Below are positions 1 through 9,017 of a stretch of 64,000 nt of DNA, piece by piece (position 1 is the first letter of the stretch; every line of letters begins with the position of its first letter). The translations under genes and the position numbers were made by a program. Source of the DNA: Deltaproteobacteria bacterium ADurb.Bin151 (GTDB taxonomy: Bacteria; Desulfobacterota; Syntrophia; Syntrophales; Smithellaceae); NCBI GenBank assembly GCA_002070455.1, contig MWDG01000001.1, positions 240 to 64,239 of the forward strand, written 5' to 3'. Under the pieces are notes generated by a model that was not told the DNA's origin, did no database searches, and saw only the letters and a program-made list of their open reading frames with translations.

Positions 1-1376
1 CCTTCCAACTCCTGACGGTTGTATCCGCTTGTCTGAACCGCGTTTTCGTTGACAAAGAGGATCTTCCCGTCCAGACTTGTTCTGACAACAACTTCAGGGA
101 TCGTGTTGACCAGCCGTGTGTATAATTCCTCACTTTCGCGCAAGGCTTCCTCTGTTTTTTTCCGCTCAGTGACATCAGTGTTTATTGCTAACAGTCCTGT
201 TACTTTGCCAGTCTCATCCTTAATGGCATCTGCACGGAGCATAACAGTTAACCTGCGCCCATCCTTGGCTATGTCCTCTACTTCTCCACTCCACGAACCT
301 CCATCCATGATGGTCTTAAATACGTTGCGTGCAACATCCTGATTAACATAAACGCTTTTCGCCACTCCATCTTTACGGAGTTCTTCAGCTGTGTATCCTA
401 AAAGATTGGTAAATGCTTTGTTTTGATAGAAATGATTGCCCTGCTTATCCGCCATTCCAATTGCATCGCTCGAACCTTCAATCGCTTTTTTGAATAAAAG
501 AAGTTCTTCCTGTACTCGTTTGCTTTCGGTGATGTCACGAACAATGGCCTGAATGTAATATTTCCCCCGGTCGTTGAAGGCGTTCAGGCTGACTTCTGTG
601 TCAAAAAGCGTTCCATCGTAACGACGATGCTGCAGTTCGTAGGATTGGGGATGACCGTTAATCGCTGCTCTTGCCTTCTTAAGGGTTTTTTCTCTGGTTT
701 TGCTTCCATCCGGCTGAAATTCCGGCATGAACCGGTCAAAAGAATGTCCGATAATCTGTTCCTTTGTGCAGCCGAGCATCTCCATGGCCTTCTGGTTGCA
801 ATCAATGAATATATTTTCATATGCTAAGAAAATGGCATCCGTGGAATGTTCGAAAAGGCTTTTGTATTTAGTTTCGCTTTCACGCAGGGCATCCTCTGAT
901 TGTTTACGTTGGGTAATATCGAAGAAAACGCAGGCGAAACGGTTAGGCGCTGGCTGAAAGCTTGTTACCATAAAATATTTGTTCAGCACATTTGAATAGT
1001 TCTCGAAGACAGCCGGTTCACCCGTCAGCGCCACTCGCCCATAGGTCTCTATCCAGTAATGCTCCGTACCCGGCAGTACTTCCAGAACCGTTCTGCCGAG
1101 AATGTCATTTGCTTTCAAACCGGTTATGCGTTCGAAGGCCGGGTTGACAGACAAAAAACGATAATCAACCGGCTGTCCCTTGTCATTACAAATGACCTCA
1201 TGCAGAGCAAATCCTTCCAGCATTTCACGGAAGGTGGCTTCGTAATCCTGCTGTGTCTGATTATGATTCATCATGTTTTGGTCAGACAGGGATTGCCCTG
1301 TTTTATGCGTTTTCTTTTTGAAATCAGAATTTTCTACGATAAGTGCCCGCGTGGTCCTGGATGAATCTTTCTTCAT
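1..1376 (-). CDS. Multi-PAS/PAC sensor protein, N-terminal ~458 aa (partial; C-terminus lies beyond the window start)
   Basis: Absent from the ORF track because there is no stop in the window. Reverse-strand translation from ATG (comp. 1376-1374) reads MKKDSSRTTRALIVENSDFKKKTHKTGQSLSDQNMMNHNQTQQDYEATFREMLEGFALHEVICNDKGQPVDYRFLSVNPAFERITG... and stays open to position 1 (...ILFVNENAVQTSGYNRQELEG). It has repeated PAS-like blocks with D(I/V)T(E/Q)(R/S)K PAC boundaries. Confidence 0.8.
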   Translation of the reverse strand, partial: MKKDSSRTTRALIVENSDFKKKTHKTGQSLSDQNMMNHNQTQQDYEATFREMLEGFALHEVICNDKGQPVDYRFLSVNPAFERITGLKANDILGRTVLEVLPGTEHYWIETYGRVALTGEPAVFENYSNVLNKYFMVTSFQPAPNRFACVFFDITQRKQSEDALRESETKYKSLFEHSTDAIFLAYENIFIDCNQKAMEMLGCTKEQIIGHSFDRFMPEFQPDGSKTREKTLKKARAAINGHPQSYELQHRRYDGTLFDTEVSLNAFNDRGKYYIQAIVRDITESKRVQEELLLFKKAIEGSSDAIGMADKQGNHFYQNKAFTNLLGYTAEELRKDGVAKSVYVNQDVARNVFKTIMDGGSWSGEVEDIAKDGRRLTVMLRADAIKDETGKVTGLLAINTDVTERKKTEEALRESEELYTRLVNTIPEVVVRTSLDGKILFVNENAVQTSGYNRQELE

Positions 1377-1564
1377 GCCTGTAACCTGCTGCGATTAATG
1401 ATGGCAAATGACAAGAAAAAAGCCGGTTATTTGATATACCTTGATCTTACCTGCTTATTATAATGACAAGGATCCATGTTGATGTCAAATGAAAAATAGT
1501 CTGTGGTGATTTTGATGATAAAATTTGAAACGTCAATAATGATTCTTGCAGTTGTAAAAATATT

Positions 1565-3679
1565 CTATCTTCTTGCCTTGTGGTATCCCGCTTTTATCGC
1601 ATCCTCTTCGGAGTCGAATTCCACCCGGTGATAGGCCTCAACGGCATTGTAGTATTTCATGCCGGGAAGATGATATCTTTTACTGTCCCGATTGCCGATA
1701 ACTTTTACCTTTTGTGCGGGCGCAGGAGACACAGAAGATGTTTTTACCGGAGCAGTTGCCTGAACCGCAGGTTGTGTTGTCACCGGTGTTTTTACCGCAG
1801 GTTTAGCCTGTACGACAGGGGTAGCTGTTGCGGGTGTTTTTACCGGAGTAGTTGCTTGAACTGCAGGTTGTGTTGTCACCGGTGTTTTTGCCGCAGGTTT
1901 AGCCTGTGCGACAGGGGTAGCTGTTGCGGGTGTTTTTACCAGAGCAGTTGCCTGAACCGCAGGCTGTGTTGTCACCGGTGTTTTTACCGCAGGTTTAGCC
2001 TGTACGACAGGGGTAGCTGTTGCGGGTGTTTTTACCGGAGTAGTTGCTTGAACTGCAGGTTGTGTTGTCACCGGTGTTTTTGCCGCAGGTTTAGCCTGTA
2101 CGACAGGGGTAGTTGTTGCGGGTGTTTTTACCGGAGCAGTTGCTTGAACCGCAGGCTGTGTTGTCACCGGTGTTTTTGCCGCAGGTTTAGCCTGTGCAAC
2201 AGGAACCGATGTATCCGGAAATCCAGCTGTTGCCGCACCGGTTGTTTTTACCATTGCTTTTGGTTGTTCTGGAACGGTACCGGCAGAGGGTGTTTTTGAG
2301 GGAGCTGTTGTATCGGCTATAATCTCTTCTTCCTCGGAAATTTTACGGTTGTATATGTTGGGACGGAACTGCGCAGTTCCTTCTGAATCAATCCACGCTG
2401 TCACATATACAATATTAATGGGAATAGGAGAAGGGAGGTTAATGCTCCGTGTTTTTCCCTTGTTGATGGCGGACTTTATGGCTTCTTCGGAACCCATGGG
2501 AGTGTCCTGCAGCAGGTAGGCGGCCAGATCTATGGGGTCTTTAACCCTTATACATCCGTGACTGAAAGCGCGCGGAAATCTCTGGAAAAGTTTTTTTGTC
2601 GTGGTATCATGCAGATAAATATCATGCGGGTTGGTAAACATGAATTTTATACGGCCAAGGGAATTCCCCGGTCCCGGATCCTGGCGCAACAAAAGAGGGA
2701 AATTATTTGCCGAGTAGCTGGACCAGTTTATTGTGCTGGGGTCAATCCGCTGGTTTGCACGATATACCCGCATGCGGGACCGGCTTAAATATCCCGGATT
2801 TTTTTTTAGTTTCGGAAGATATTCCTTGGATGCGATGCTGTATGGGACTGACCAGGCCGGATTGATAATCAGGTTTGTGATGAGGCCATCGAACTCAGGA
2901 GTCTGTTGGGTTTTTTTCCCAACAATGACGGGCATGGTTAATACAGGTTTGCCATCTTCAAAAAGATTGAGGGTGAAGTCTGTGATGTTTATTAAAATAT
3001 AACGATTTTCCTGAAGAGGTGGCAGCTTACTGCAGCGTTCTATGGTTGCCGAAAGTTGTTTGATGCGTTCTCTTGCCGGCACGTTGAGTTCTTTTAAGGT
3101 TTCCGCCCCCACAATACCATTGGCAGTGAGGCCGTGGCGTATCTGGAACCTCTGTACGGCTTCCTTGAGCATTTCGTCAAAAACATTATCCTGATTGACT
3201 AATTCGGCCGGATCATTTTTTGTGGCCGGCTTTTTTTTGGGCAAAGGGGGGCTTCCATTCCGGTTTAAATCAAGACCGTTGACTGTCGGGTCACGGTGCG
3301 TCTGGGATACTGGTATAGTTTCAATGAGATTTCCATTGACAGCATCAAGCTGATTCGGTTTGTGGGCAGGCTCAAGATCTCCACTGACGATAAGGCGTTT
3401 TCTCAAAAAAGAGACACGATCATTCCGGTCTCCTTCGCGCAGATCCCGACCGGATGGAATCTGAGGCCATCCGCCCTCATCTGCGATTTGCAGATAATCG
3501 GAAATGGCTTTTTCCAGTGCTGAAATATCGCACAGCTGGCGTCTTTCGGACAAAGATTCGTCTGCCGCCAGAGCGTAAAACGGAAGGAAAGTGAATAGAA
3601 TCGCGCAGCAGAACATTCGGATGAGGTGTTGTGATGCGGGAAGTTCAGGAATACGTGCTGTGCGGGGGGAATCTACCAA
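1565..3679 (-). CDS. YcbB/LdtD-type L,D-transpeptidase (PG-binding plus YkuD domains) with a C-terminal Pro/Thr-rich tandem-repeat tail and a small terminal sunset-like domain
   Basis: 704-aa ORF. Contains HGLTANGIVGAETLKELNVP (PG_binding_1-like) and IYLHDTTTKKLFQRFPRAFSHGCIRV (YkuD catalytic Cys motif). Hydrophobic N-terminus MFCCAILFTFLPFYALAADE. The start is ambiguous: TTG at 3679 overlapping the upstream stop, or ATG at 3616. Confidence 0.85.
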   Translation of the reverse strand: MVDSPRTARIPELPASQHLIRMFCCAILFTFLPFYALAADESLSERRQLCDISALEKAISDYLQIADEGGWPQIPSGRDLREGDRNDRVSFLRKRLIVSGDLEPAHKPNQLDAVNGNLIETIPVSQTHRDPTVNGLDLNRNGSPPLPKKKPATKNDPAELVNQDNVFDEMLKEAVQRFQIRHGLTANGIVGAETLKELNVPARERIKQLSATIERCSKLPPLQENRYILINITDFTLNLFEDGKPVLTMPVIVGKKTQQTPEFDGLITNLIINPAWSVPYSIASKEYLPKLKKNPGYLSRSRMRVYRANQRIDPSTINWSSYSANNFPLLLRQDPGPGNSLGRIKFMFTNPHDIYLHDTTTKKLFQRFPRAFSHGCIRVKDPIDLAAYLLQDTPMGSEEAIKSAINKGKTRSINLPSPIPINIVYVTAWIDSEGTAQFRPNIYNRKISEEEEIIADTTAPSKTPSAGTVPEQPKAMVKTTGAATAGFPDTSVPVAQAKPAAKTPVTTQPAVQATAPVKTPATTTPVVQAKPAAKTPVTTQPAVQATTPVKTPATATPVVQAKPAVKTPVTTQPAVQATALVKTPATATPVAQAKPAAKTPVTTQPAVQATTPVKTPATATPVVQAKPAVKTPVTTQPAVQATAPVKTSSVSPAPAQKVKVIGNRDSKRYHLPGMKYYNAVEAYHRVEFDSEEDAIKAGYHKARR
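1741..2205. repeat. Tandem 96-bp repeat, ~4.8 copies (units begin at 1741, 1837, 1933, 2029, 2125), inside the L,D-transpeptidase gene
   Basis: Direct reading: successive 96-nt units (tttttaccggagcagttgcctgaaccgcaggttgtgttgtcaccggtg tttttaccgcaggtttagcctgtacgacaggggtagctgttgcgggtg) differ by only a few nt. Each unit is two related 48-nt halves and encodes AKPAAKTPVTTQPAVQATAPVKTPATTTPVVQ-type 32-aa units. Confidence 0.9.
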
Positions 3680-4227
3680 GTGCGGAATGCTCCTGAATCA
3701 ATGTGGACGAAATTTGCTCTCGGATAATAGCCGACTCCTCCCCTTTGCAGTGAGAGCGCACTGCTGTGAACATCGGAAAGGTCGATGCCCGGAATGCGGA
3801 TATCGATAGCGCGGCCTTCCAGGTGTAAGCTTTGTCTTCCAACCCTGTGTCCGGTGCTCAGAAGGTAATTGTTGTATTCCGGTGAACGGTAGCCTGAAAT
3901 GACATGAATTTCATTGTCGCCCCCGAGCCTGGTGTTGACCATATCAAGATACTCAAGGGTTCTGATGTCAATTGGATATTGCTCATTGGTGTGGTGGCAG
4001 CGTAAAAACCAGTTCAGTTTTCTGATGGATTCAAAGTTGTAATGACCATGCCTGTTGCGATATTGGGTGTGAATGGTTTCATAGGTATGGGTGTTGTAAA
4101 GTCTGAGTCGGCCGGAAGGCTTTATTTCCCTGAAAGGGCTCGCTGTAACCTTTTCGGGGAGGAGAAGAGCTGCCCCGGCAAGAAGCGAGGTTTTGAGAAA
4201 AGAGCGCCTGGTTGTGGTAAAACTCAT
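3673..4227 (-). CDS. mepK: YcbK/MepK-like DUF882 (peptidase M15 superfamily) murein endopeptidase with a Tat signal
   Basis: 184 aa. Twin-arginine leader MSFTTTRRSFLKTSLLAGAALLL. Motifs GYRSPEYNN and SLHLEGRAIDIRIPG. Sits directly upstream of and overlapping the ldtD-like gene, the same pairing as E. coli ycbB-ycbK. Confidence 0.78.
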   Translation of the reverse strand: MSFTTTRRSFLKTSLLAGAALLLPEKVTASPFREIKPSGRLRLYNTHTYETIHTQYRNRHGHYNFESIRKLNWFLRCHHTNEQYPIDIRTLEYLDMVNTRLGGDNEIHVISGYRSPEYNNYLLSTGHRVGRQSLHLEGRAIDIRIPGIDLSDVHSSALSLQRGGVGYYPRANFVHIDSGAFRTW

Positions 4228-4572
4228 TAAAACTCTCCAACTATCAACTGCAAATAATGGTTATTTTGGGCAGGAGTATAGGAAAAGAGACCCTGTATGT
4301 CAAGAATTTTATTGTAATTGTCAATCACACCGTCACTTGAAGCTACCTGGCTGAACTTTGAATGGCAGAGAAAATTAGTGCAAATATACTTGTTTTTATT
4401 CGATTTTTAATGATGTGCGCTGCAAATGGAACGGAAAGGTTACGGCTAAAACAGATTCATCCGGTTCATTATGAAGAATCGTTCAAATTGCATAAAACAG
4501 TGTTCATGGTTTAAATGCTTTTATGCTACAATTCATAAACAAATTCACTCGGTCACAAAAGGATTCGTCAAT

Positions 4573-4998
4573 ATGCGCAGCGATATTAAAAATCTTATTC
4601 AGGAAAATTGCGTATGTGTTATGGCAACGGTTTCCGGGGGCCAGCCACATTGTTCTCTGATGTCTTATGCGCCGGATGCGGACTGTCGTGAAATTTACAT
4701 GGCAACTCACAAGGAAACGAAAAAATACCGCAACCTGGCGGCTAATCCTTCCGTCAGCCTTCTGATCGACTCCAGAGAAGCGGGAGGTGAAAGCCAAACC
4801 AAAGCACTGACCGTTACGGGTACCTTTCAGGGAATCATCGACGAACAAAGAAAAACGGTCATTCAGGAAGCGCTGCTAAAAAGGCATCCTGATTTAAAAG
4901 AATTCTTTGCCGATCCGGCCTCGGAAATTATTGTGATCCGGGTAAGGGCTCTTCAATTGCTGGACGGAATAACAGATGCGTATTATGAGACGGTATGA
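4573..4998 (+). CDS. Pyridoxamine 5'-phosphate oxidase-family FMN-binding protein
   Basis: The ORF track gives 4471-4998. I prefer the internal ATG at 4573 (MRSDIKNLIQENCVCVMATVSGGQPHCSLMSY...), which is typical of the PNPOx-like split-barrel family. Confidence 0.7.
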   Translation: MRSDIKNLIQENCVCVMATVSGGQPHCSLMSYAPDADCREIYMATHKETKKYRNLAANPSVSLLIDSREAGGESQTKALTVTGTFQGIIDEQRKTVIQEALLKRHPDLKEFFADPASEIIVIRVRALQLLDGITDAYYETV

Positions 4999-5060
4999 TG
5001 ATCGCTACAAAGGGATGTCGTTTGGGCAACAGGCTGTTAAATAGGAATTTCCTTGCGATC

Positions 5061-6158
5061 TTATGACAAAGGAGAGGAACTGGCAACTTCAGCCAGGATC
5101 TTTCTGTCAATTTTTGACATCGGCAGTTTTTCTAATTGCGAAGTCGTTGCCCAGCGCCAATTCTGGCAGGTGCGTGCCTCGGGATTGCCTTTCATCAAAC
5201 GGCAATCGAATGCCTGAAGGGTCAGGCGAAAATGGGTATAGGTATGATCTGCCGAAGCCAGGCAACTGCCTGCGGCAATCGAAATATTCAGCTCTTCCCT
5301 TACGCAGTCCCGCAAACATTTCTTTATGCTTTTACCGTCATGAACAAATCCGCCGGGCAGCTTCCACAGGGAGGCAAGAAGCCCGGATGAAGGACGCTGC
5401 ACAATCAGCAGCCTGTGACTGGCATCGAAAATCACGGCGGCGGCTCCCTGTTTACGGGGAATGGCCGGATTTTTCCTCGTTACCGGAATAGACTCCTGAA
5501 GGCCGGAAAGACGCACCCGGCAAATTGAACCAACCGGGCAGATCAGGCAATCAGGTTTTTTCACTCTGCAAATGGTTGCCCCCAGATCCATCAGGGCCTG
5601 GTTGAAGTCGCCGGCATGTCTGGAGGGAACCAGTGCCGCCGCCAGATCACGCAGTTTCTTTTGTCCCCGGGGATCATCCACGGATTTGCGAATGGCAAAC
5701 AATCGGCACAGGATCCGTCGGACATTGCCGTCAACCGCGGGAACGGCCAATCCGTAAGCGATGCTCAGGATCGCCCCCGCCGTGTAATCGCCAATGCCGG
5801 GGAGTGTTTTGATTTCTTCAGATTTATCGGGTATCCGCCCTCCGCAGCGATCGGTGATAATGCGGCTTGCGGCATGAATATTTCTGGCCCTTGAATAATA
5901 TCCCAAATTTTCCCAGATTTTGAGTACGTCCTGTACGGGTGCGTTCGCAAGTGTCCGGACATCAGGGAAGGATTTTATGAACCTCTCATAATAGGGAATC
6001 ACTGTATCGACCCTCGTTTGTTGAAGCATGATTTCCGAGATCCAGATACAGTAAGGGTCATTTGTGTTCCGCCAGGGAAGGGAGCGTTGGTGGTGCCTGT
6101 ACCAGGCAAGGAGTTTGCGGCGGAGAGGATTTTTGATTTTTGCTGCGTACTTCATCAT
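5061..6158 (-). CDS. mutY: A/G-specific adenine DNA glycosylase
   Basis: 365 aa. N-terminal HhH-GPD block (LPWRNTNDPYCIWISEIMLQQTRVDTV), 4Fe-4S Cys cluster (CRVKKPDCLICPVGSIC) and a C-terminal NUDIX-like domain. Confidence 0.9.
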   Translation of the reverse strand: MMKYAAKIKNPLRRKLLAWYRHHQRSLPWRNTNDPYCIWISEIMLQQTRVDTVIPYYERFIKSFPDVRTLANAPVQDVLKIWENLGYYSRARNIHAASRIITDRCGGRIPDKSEEIKTLPGIGDYTAGAILSIAYGLAVPAVDGNVRRILCRLFAIRKSVDDPRGQKKLRDLAAALVPSRHAGDFNQALMDLGATICRVKKPDCLICPVGSICRVRLSGLQESIPVTRKNPAIPRKQGAAAVIFDASHRLLIVQRPSSGLLASLWKLPGGFVHDGKSIKKCLRDCVREELNISIAAGSCLASADHTYTHFRLTLQAFDCRLMKGNPEARTCQNWRWATTSQLEKLPMSKIDRKILAEVASSSPLS

Positions 6159-6327
6159 GGTTGACTATATATCCTATGCAAAAGGACATGACAACTGTGC
6201 TGTTTCCGGCGATGTTTTTTTTAATTCATCTGAAAATCCTGAAGGTTATATTCTTGACAGCGTCAAAGGGTTTTGTTAGTCCTAAAAAAACTAAAAAACA
6301 AATTACAGTTTGAAGCAAGGAGGAGGT

Positions 6328-8229
6328 ATGTCTGATTCGTTGAAATACAGGGATGTGTATGAGCAGTCGATCAACCAGCCTGATGTTTTCTGGGGCAGGG
6401 CAGCGGACGCTGTCCAGTGGACGAAAAAATGGGACAAGGTTCTTGATGACAGCAAAAAGCCCTTTTATAGCTGGTTTACAGGCGGCGAGCTCAACACTTG
6501 CTACAATGCGCTTGACTATCATGTGGAATCAGGCAGAAAGGATCAGGTTGCGATCATTTATGACAGCCCTGTTACAAATACAGTTAATAAAATTAGCTAC
6601 GGAGAGCTTCTCGACACGGTTTCCAGATTTGCGGGTGTGCTTTCCGGATTAGGCGTCACAAAAGGCGATACGGTGATCATTTATATGCCGATGATCCCGC
6701 AGGCCATGGTGGCGATGCTGGCCTGCGCCCGTATCGGTGCCGTGCATTCTGTTGTTTTCGGCGGTTTTGCCCCCAATGAGCTGGCTATCCGCATTGACGA
6801 TGCCAAGCCGAAAATCATCATATCCGCCTCCTGCGGCATCGAAGGGAAAAAAACGCTGGCATACAAACCGCTTATGGACGAAGCCATCAACATTGCCGCC
6901 CATAAACCTCAAAAGACTGTTATCTATCAGCGTCCGCAGGTGAAGGCCGATTTGATTACCGGCCGTGACCTGGACTGGGAGGAACTGATGAAAACAGCGA
7001 AGGCCGTTCCCTGTGTGCCTGTTGCCGCAACCGACCCCCTCTACATTCTTTATACATCGGGAACAACCGGCAAGCCCAAAGGTGTCATGCGGGACAATGG
7101 CGGCCATGCCGTCGCTTTGAAGTGGTCCATGAAGCACATCTACGACATCAAACCCGGGGAAGTTTTCTGGGCGGCCTCCGATGTCGGCTGGGTGGTAGGA
7201 CATTCCTATATTGTTTATGCGCCGCTGCTGTATGACTGTACGACAGTTATGTATGAGGGCAAGCCTGTCGGGACACCCGATCCCGGTGCGTTCTGGCGTG
7301 TCATTTCCCAGCATGGCGTATCCGTTCTGTTTACCGCGCCGACAGCTTTCCGTGCCATTAAAAAAGAAGACCCCAATGGAGATTACCTGAAGAAATATGA
7401 CATTTCATGCCTGCGATATCTTTTCCTCGCCGGCGAGCGGCTCGATCCCGACACGTATCACTGGGCCAGCGGCATGCTGAATATTCCTGTCGTTGATCAC
7501 TGGTGGCAGACTGAAACAGGCTGGCCGATTGCAGCAAACTGCATGGGAATTGAACAATTCCCGATCAAAGCGGGATCACCCACGAAACCCGTGCCCGGCT
7601 ATAATGTTCAGATCCAGGATATGGACGGCAAAACCCTTCCCGACGGTGAAGAAGGCGCAGTGGTGATCAAGCTGCCTCTTCCTCCCGGCTGTCTCCCCAC
7701 CCTCTGGAAAGATGACAAGCGATACCTGGAATACGTCACCGAAAGACCCGGATATTATGTGACCGGCGATGGCGGCCGTTTCGATCTGGACGGTTATCTT
7801 TACATCATGGGACGCATAGACGACGTAATCAATGTTGCGGGCCACCGGCTTTCCACAGGGGCGATGGAAGAAATTGTGTCCAGGCACAAGGATGTCGCTG
7901 AATGTGCCGTGCTGGGCGCAGACGATCAGCTCAAAGGTCAGGTCCCGGTGGGCTTTGTTGTTTTAAAAGCCGGTGTGGACCGGAAACCCGAGGAGATTGT
8001 TGCGGAACTGGTGCAAATGGTAAGGCAGGAACTTGGTGCACTGGCCTGCTTTAAGGAAGCTGCTGTGGTAAAGGCATTGCCCAAAACGAGATCCGGGAAA
8101 ATTCTGCGCTCCACGATGCGTAAAATCGTAGACGGCAAGGAATATGTTGTCCCTTCCACGATCGATGATCCTGCGGTCCTGCCGGCCATTGCGGAGTCGG
8201 CGAAAATGATCGGCTACGGAAAGAAGTGA
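6328..8229 (+). CDS. prpE: Propionate--CoA ligase (acetyl/propionyl-CoA synthetase family)
   Basis: AGGAGG 7 nt before ATG 6328. Near-collinear with enterobacterial PrpE by eye (YEQSINQPDVFWGRAA, YTSGTTGKPKGV, DVGWVVGHSYIVYAPLL, DDVINVAGHRLSTG, LPKTRSGKILR, STIDDPAVL). Confidence 0.85.
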   Translation: MSDSLKYRDVYEQSINQPDVFWGRAADAVQWTKKWDKVLDDSKKPFYSWFTGGELNTCYNALDYHVESGRKDQVAIIYDSPVTNTVNKISYGELLDTVSRFAGVLSGLGVTKGDTVIIYMPMIPQAMVAMLACARIGAVHSVVFGGFAPNELAIRIDDAKPKIIISASCGIEGKKTLAYKPLMDEAINIAAHKPQKTVIYQRPQVKADLITGRDLDWEELMKTAKAVPCVPVAATDPLYILYTSGTTGKPKGVMRDNGGHAVALKWSMKHIYDIKPGEVFWAASDVGWVVGHSYIVYAPLLYDCTTVMYEGKPVGTPDPGAFWRVISQHGVSVLFTAPTAFRAIKKEDPNGDYLKKYDISCLRYLFLAGERLDPDTYHWASGMLNIPVVDHWWQTETGWPIAANCMGIEQFPIKAGSPTKPVPGYNVQIQDMDGKTLPDGEEGAVVIKLPLPPGCLPTLWKDDKRYLEYVTERPGYYVTGDGGRFDLDGYLYIMGRIDDVINVAGHRLSTGAMEEIVSRHKDVAECAVLGADDQLKGQVPVGFVVLKAGVDRKPEEIVAELVQMVRQELGALACFKEAAVVKALPKTRSGKILRSTMRKIVDGKEYVVPSTIDDPAVLPAIAESAKMIGYGKK

Positions 8230-8230
8230 A

Positions 8231-8266
8231 ACAGGCTGGCAGGCTGTAGACTGTTAGGCTGTTAGG
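8231..8266 (+). repeat. Degenerate 7-8-nt tandem array (acaggctg gcaggctg tagactg ttaggctg ttagg) starting 1 nt after the prpE stop
   Basis: Direct reading. Units match those of the arrays at 14520-14621 and 54146-54180 (GGCTGTTA/TAGACT words). Confidence 0.6.
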
Positions 8267-8272
8267 AAAAAG

Positions 8273-8316
8273 AAGGCCGGCTGCAATAAATATTGAGCCG
8301 GCCTTTGTATTTTTTC
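8273..8316. terminator. Bidirectional rho-independent terminator between convergent prpE and lepB
   Basis: Stem aaggccggc (8273-8281) / gccggcctt (8297-8305). A T-run follows on the + strand (8310-8315) and a T-run follows on the - strand (complement of aaaaag 8267-8272). Confidence 0.75.
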
Positions 8317-8325
8317 AAAGCCTTA

Positions 8326-8955
8326 CTATTTGATCAGTTTGGCCAGACGGTCCCAGCGGACACGCTTTTCTTCTGAATCCCATGACCAGTAAAGAATGAA
8401 GGCCTTGCCCTGAACGTCCTTCAAATTGACAAAACCCCAGAAACGGCTGTCCAGACTGTGATCGCGATTGTCGCCCATCACAAAAAGAGAATTTTGCGGA
8501 ACGGTTAACGGCCCAAAGTTGTCCCGTGGCTGGACCTCGGCCGGATAAACCGTAGCATCGTCATACACGCCGAATGGATCTTCGAAAGGCTGGTCGTTGA
8601 TAAACAGCTTCTTGTTTTTCATTTCTATCTTGTCGCCGCCAATGCCGATCACCCGTTTGATAAAATCTTTGGATCGGTCTTCCGGGTAAATAAAAACAAC
8701 AACGTCGCCTCTTTTGGGGTCGGTCACAGGGATGATCGTTTTTCTGATCAAAGGAATTTTAACGCCATAAATAAATTTATTAACGAAAAGATGATCGCCG
8801 ATCAGCAGGGTTGGAATCATTGAACCGGATGGGATTTTAAAGGCCTGGACGATAAAAGATATAATGAAACCGGCAATCAAAACGGCCATCAGGACGGCTT
8901 CAACAAATTCTCTGAATTTTGATTTAATTTTTTTTGGCGGTAATTTCTTCCCCAT
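8326..8955 (-). CDS. lepB: Signal peptidase I
   Basis: GSMIPTLLIGDHLFVNKF, RGDVVVF and GDNRDHSLDSRFWG motifs. I use the internal ATG at 8955 (MGKKLPPKK...) because the longer track ORF overlaps the upstream flavodoxin gene. Confidence 0.9.
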   Translation of the reverse strand: MGKKLPPKKIKSKFREFVEAVLMAVLIAGFIISFIVQAFKIPSGSMIPTLLIGDHLFVNKFIYGVKIPLIRKTIIPVTDPKRGDVVVFIYPEDRSKDFIKRVIGIGGDKIEMKNKKLFINDQPFEDPFGVYDDATVYPAEVQPRDNFGPLTVPQNSLFVMGDNRDHSLDSRFWGFVNLKDVQGKAFILYWSWDSEEKRVRWDRLAKLIK

Positions 8956-9017
8956 AAACCTGAACCTCTTTTCAATGATTATTTGGATTGCAATCAACGG
9001 ACAGAACGGTCTTGTCT

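Noticed and set aside
49-1364. Several 60-100-aa + strand ORFs at the window start (49-342, 627-827, 727-957, 1059-1364)
   Set aside because: All lie antisense to a continuous, stop-free reverse-strand PAS-domain reading frame (comp. 1-1376) that has clear domain signatures.
1741-2205. Possibility that the regular repeats (here, and at 9481, 14520 and 36986) are CRISPR arrays
   Set aside because: There are no unique spacers. The periods are 96 bp (coding, contiguous) or 7-8 bp, far from the CRISPR repeat-spacer geometry, and no cas genes are present.
1580-2299. 239-aa Cys/Arg-rich repetitive ORF on the + strand (CFYRSSCLNRRLCCHRCF...)
   Set aside because: It is the antisense reading of the 96-bp tandem repeat inside the L,D-transpeptidase gene. 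The periodicity is inherited from the opposite strand, and there is no RBS or independent support.
5024-5045. Shared 11-mer gggcaacaggc at 5024 and 56811 (and the similar gggccaacaggc at 12689) as a dispersed motif
   Set aside because: Exact 11-mer recurrences are expected by chance hundreds of times in 64 kb. Only the 5024 copy continues into array-like sequence (ctgttaaatagg), so I do not count these as repeat-family members.
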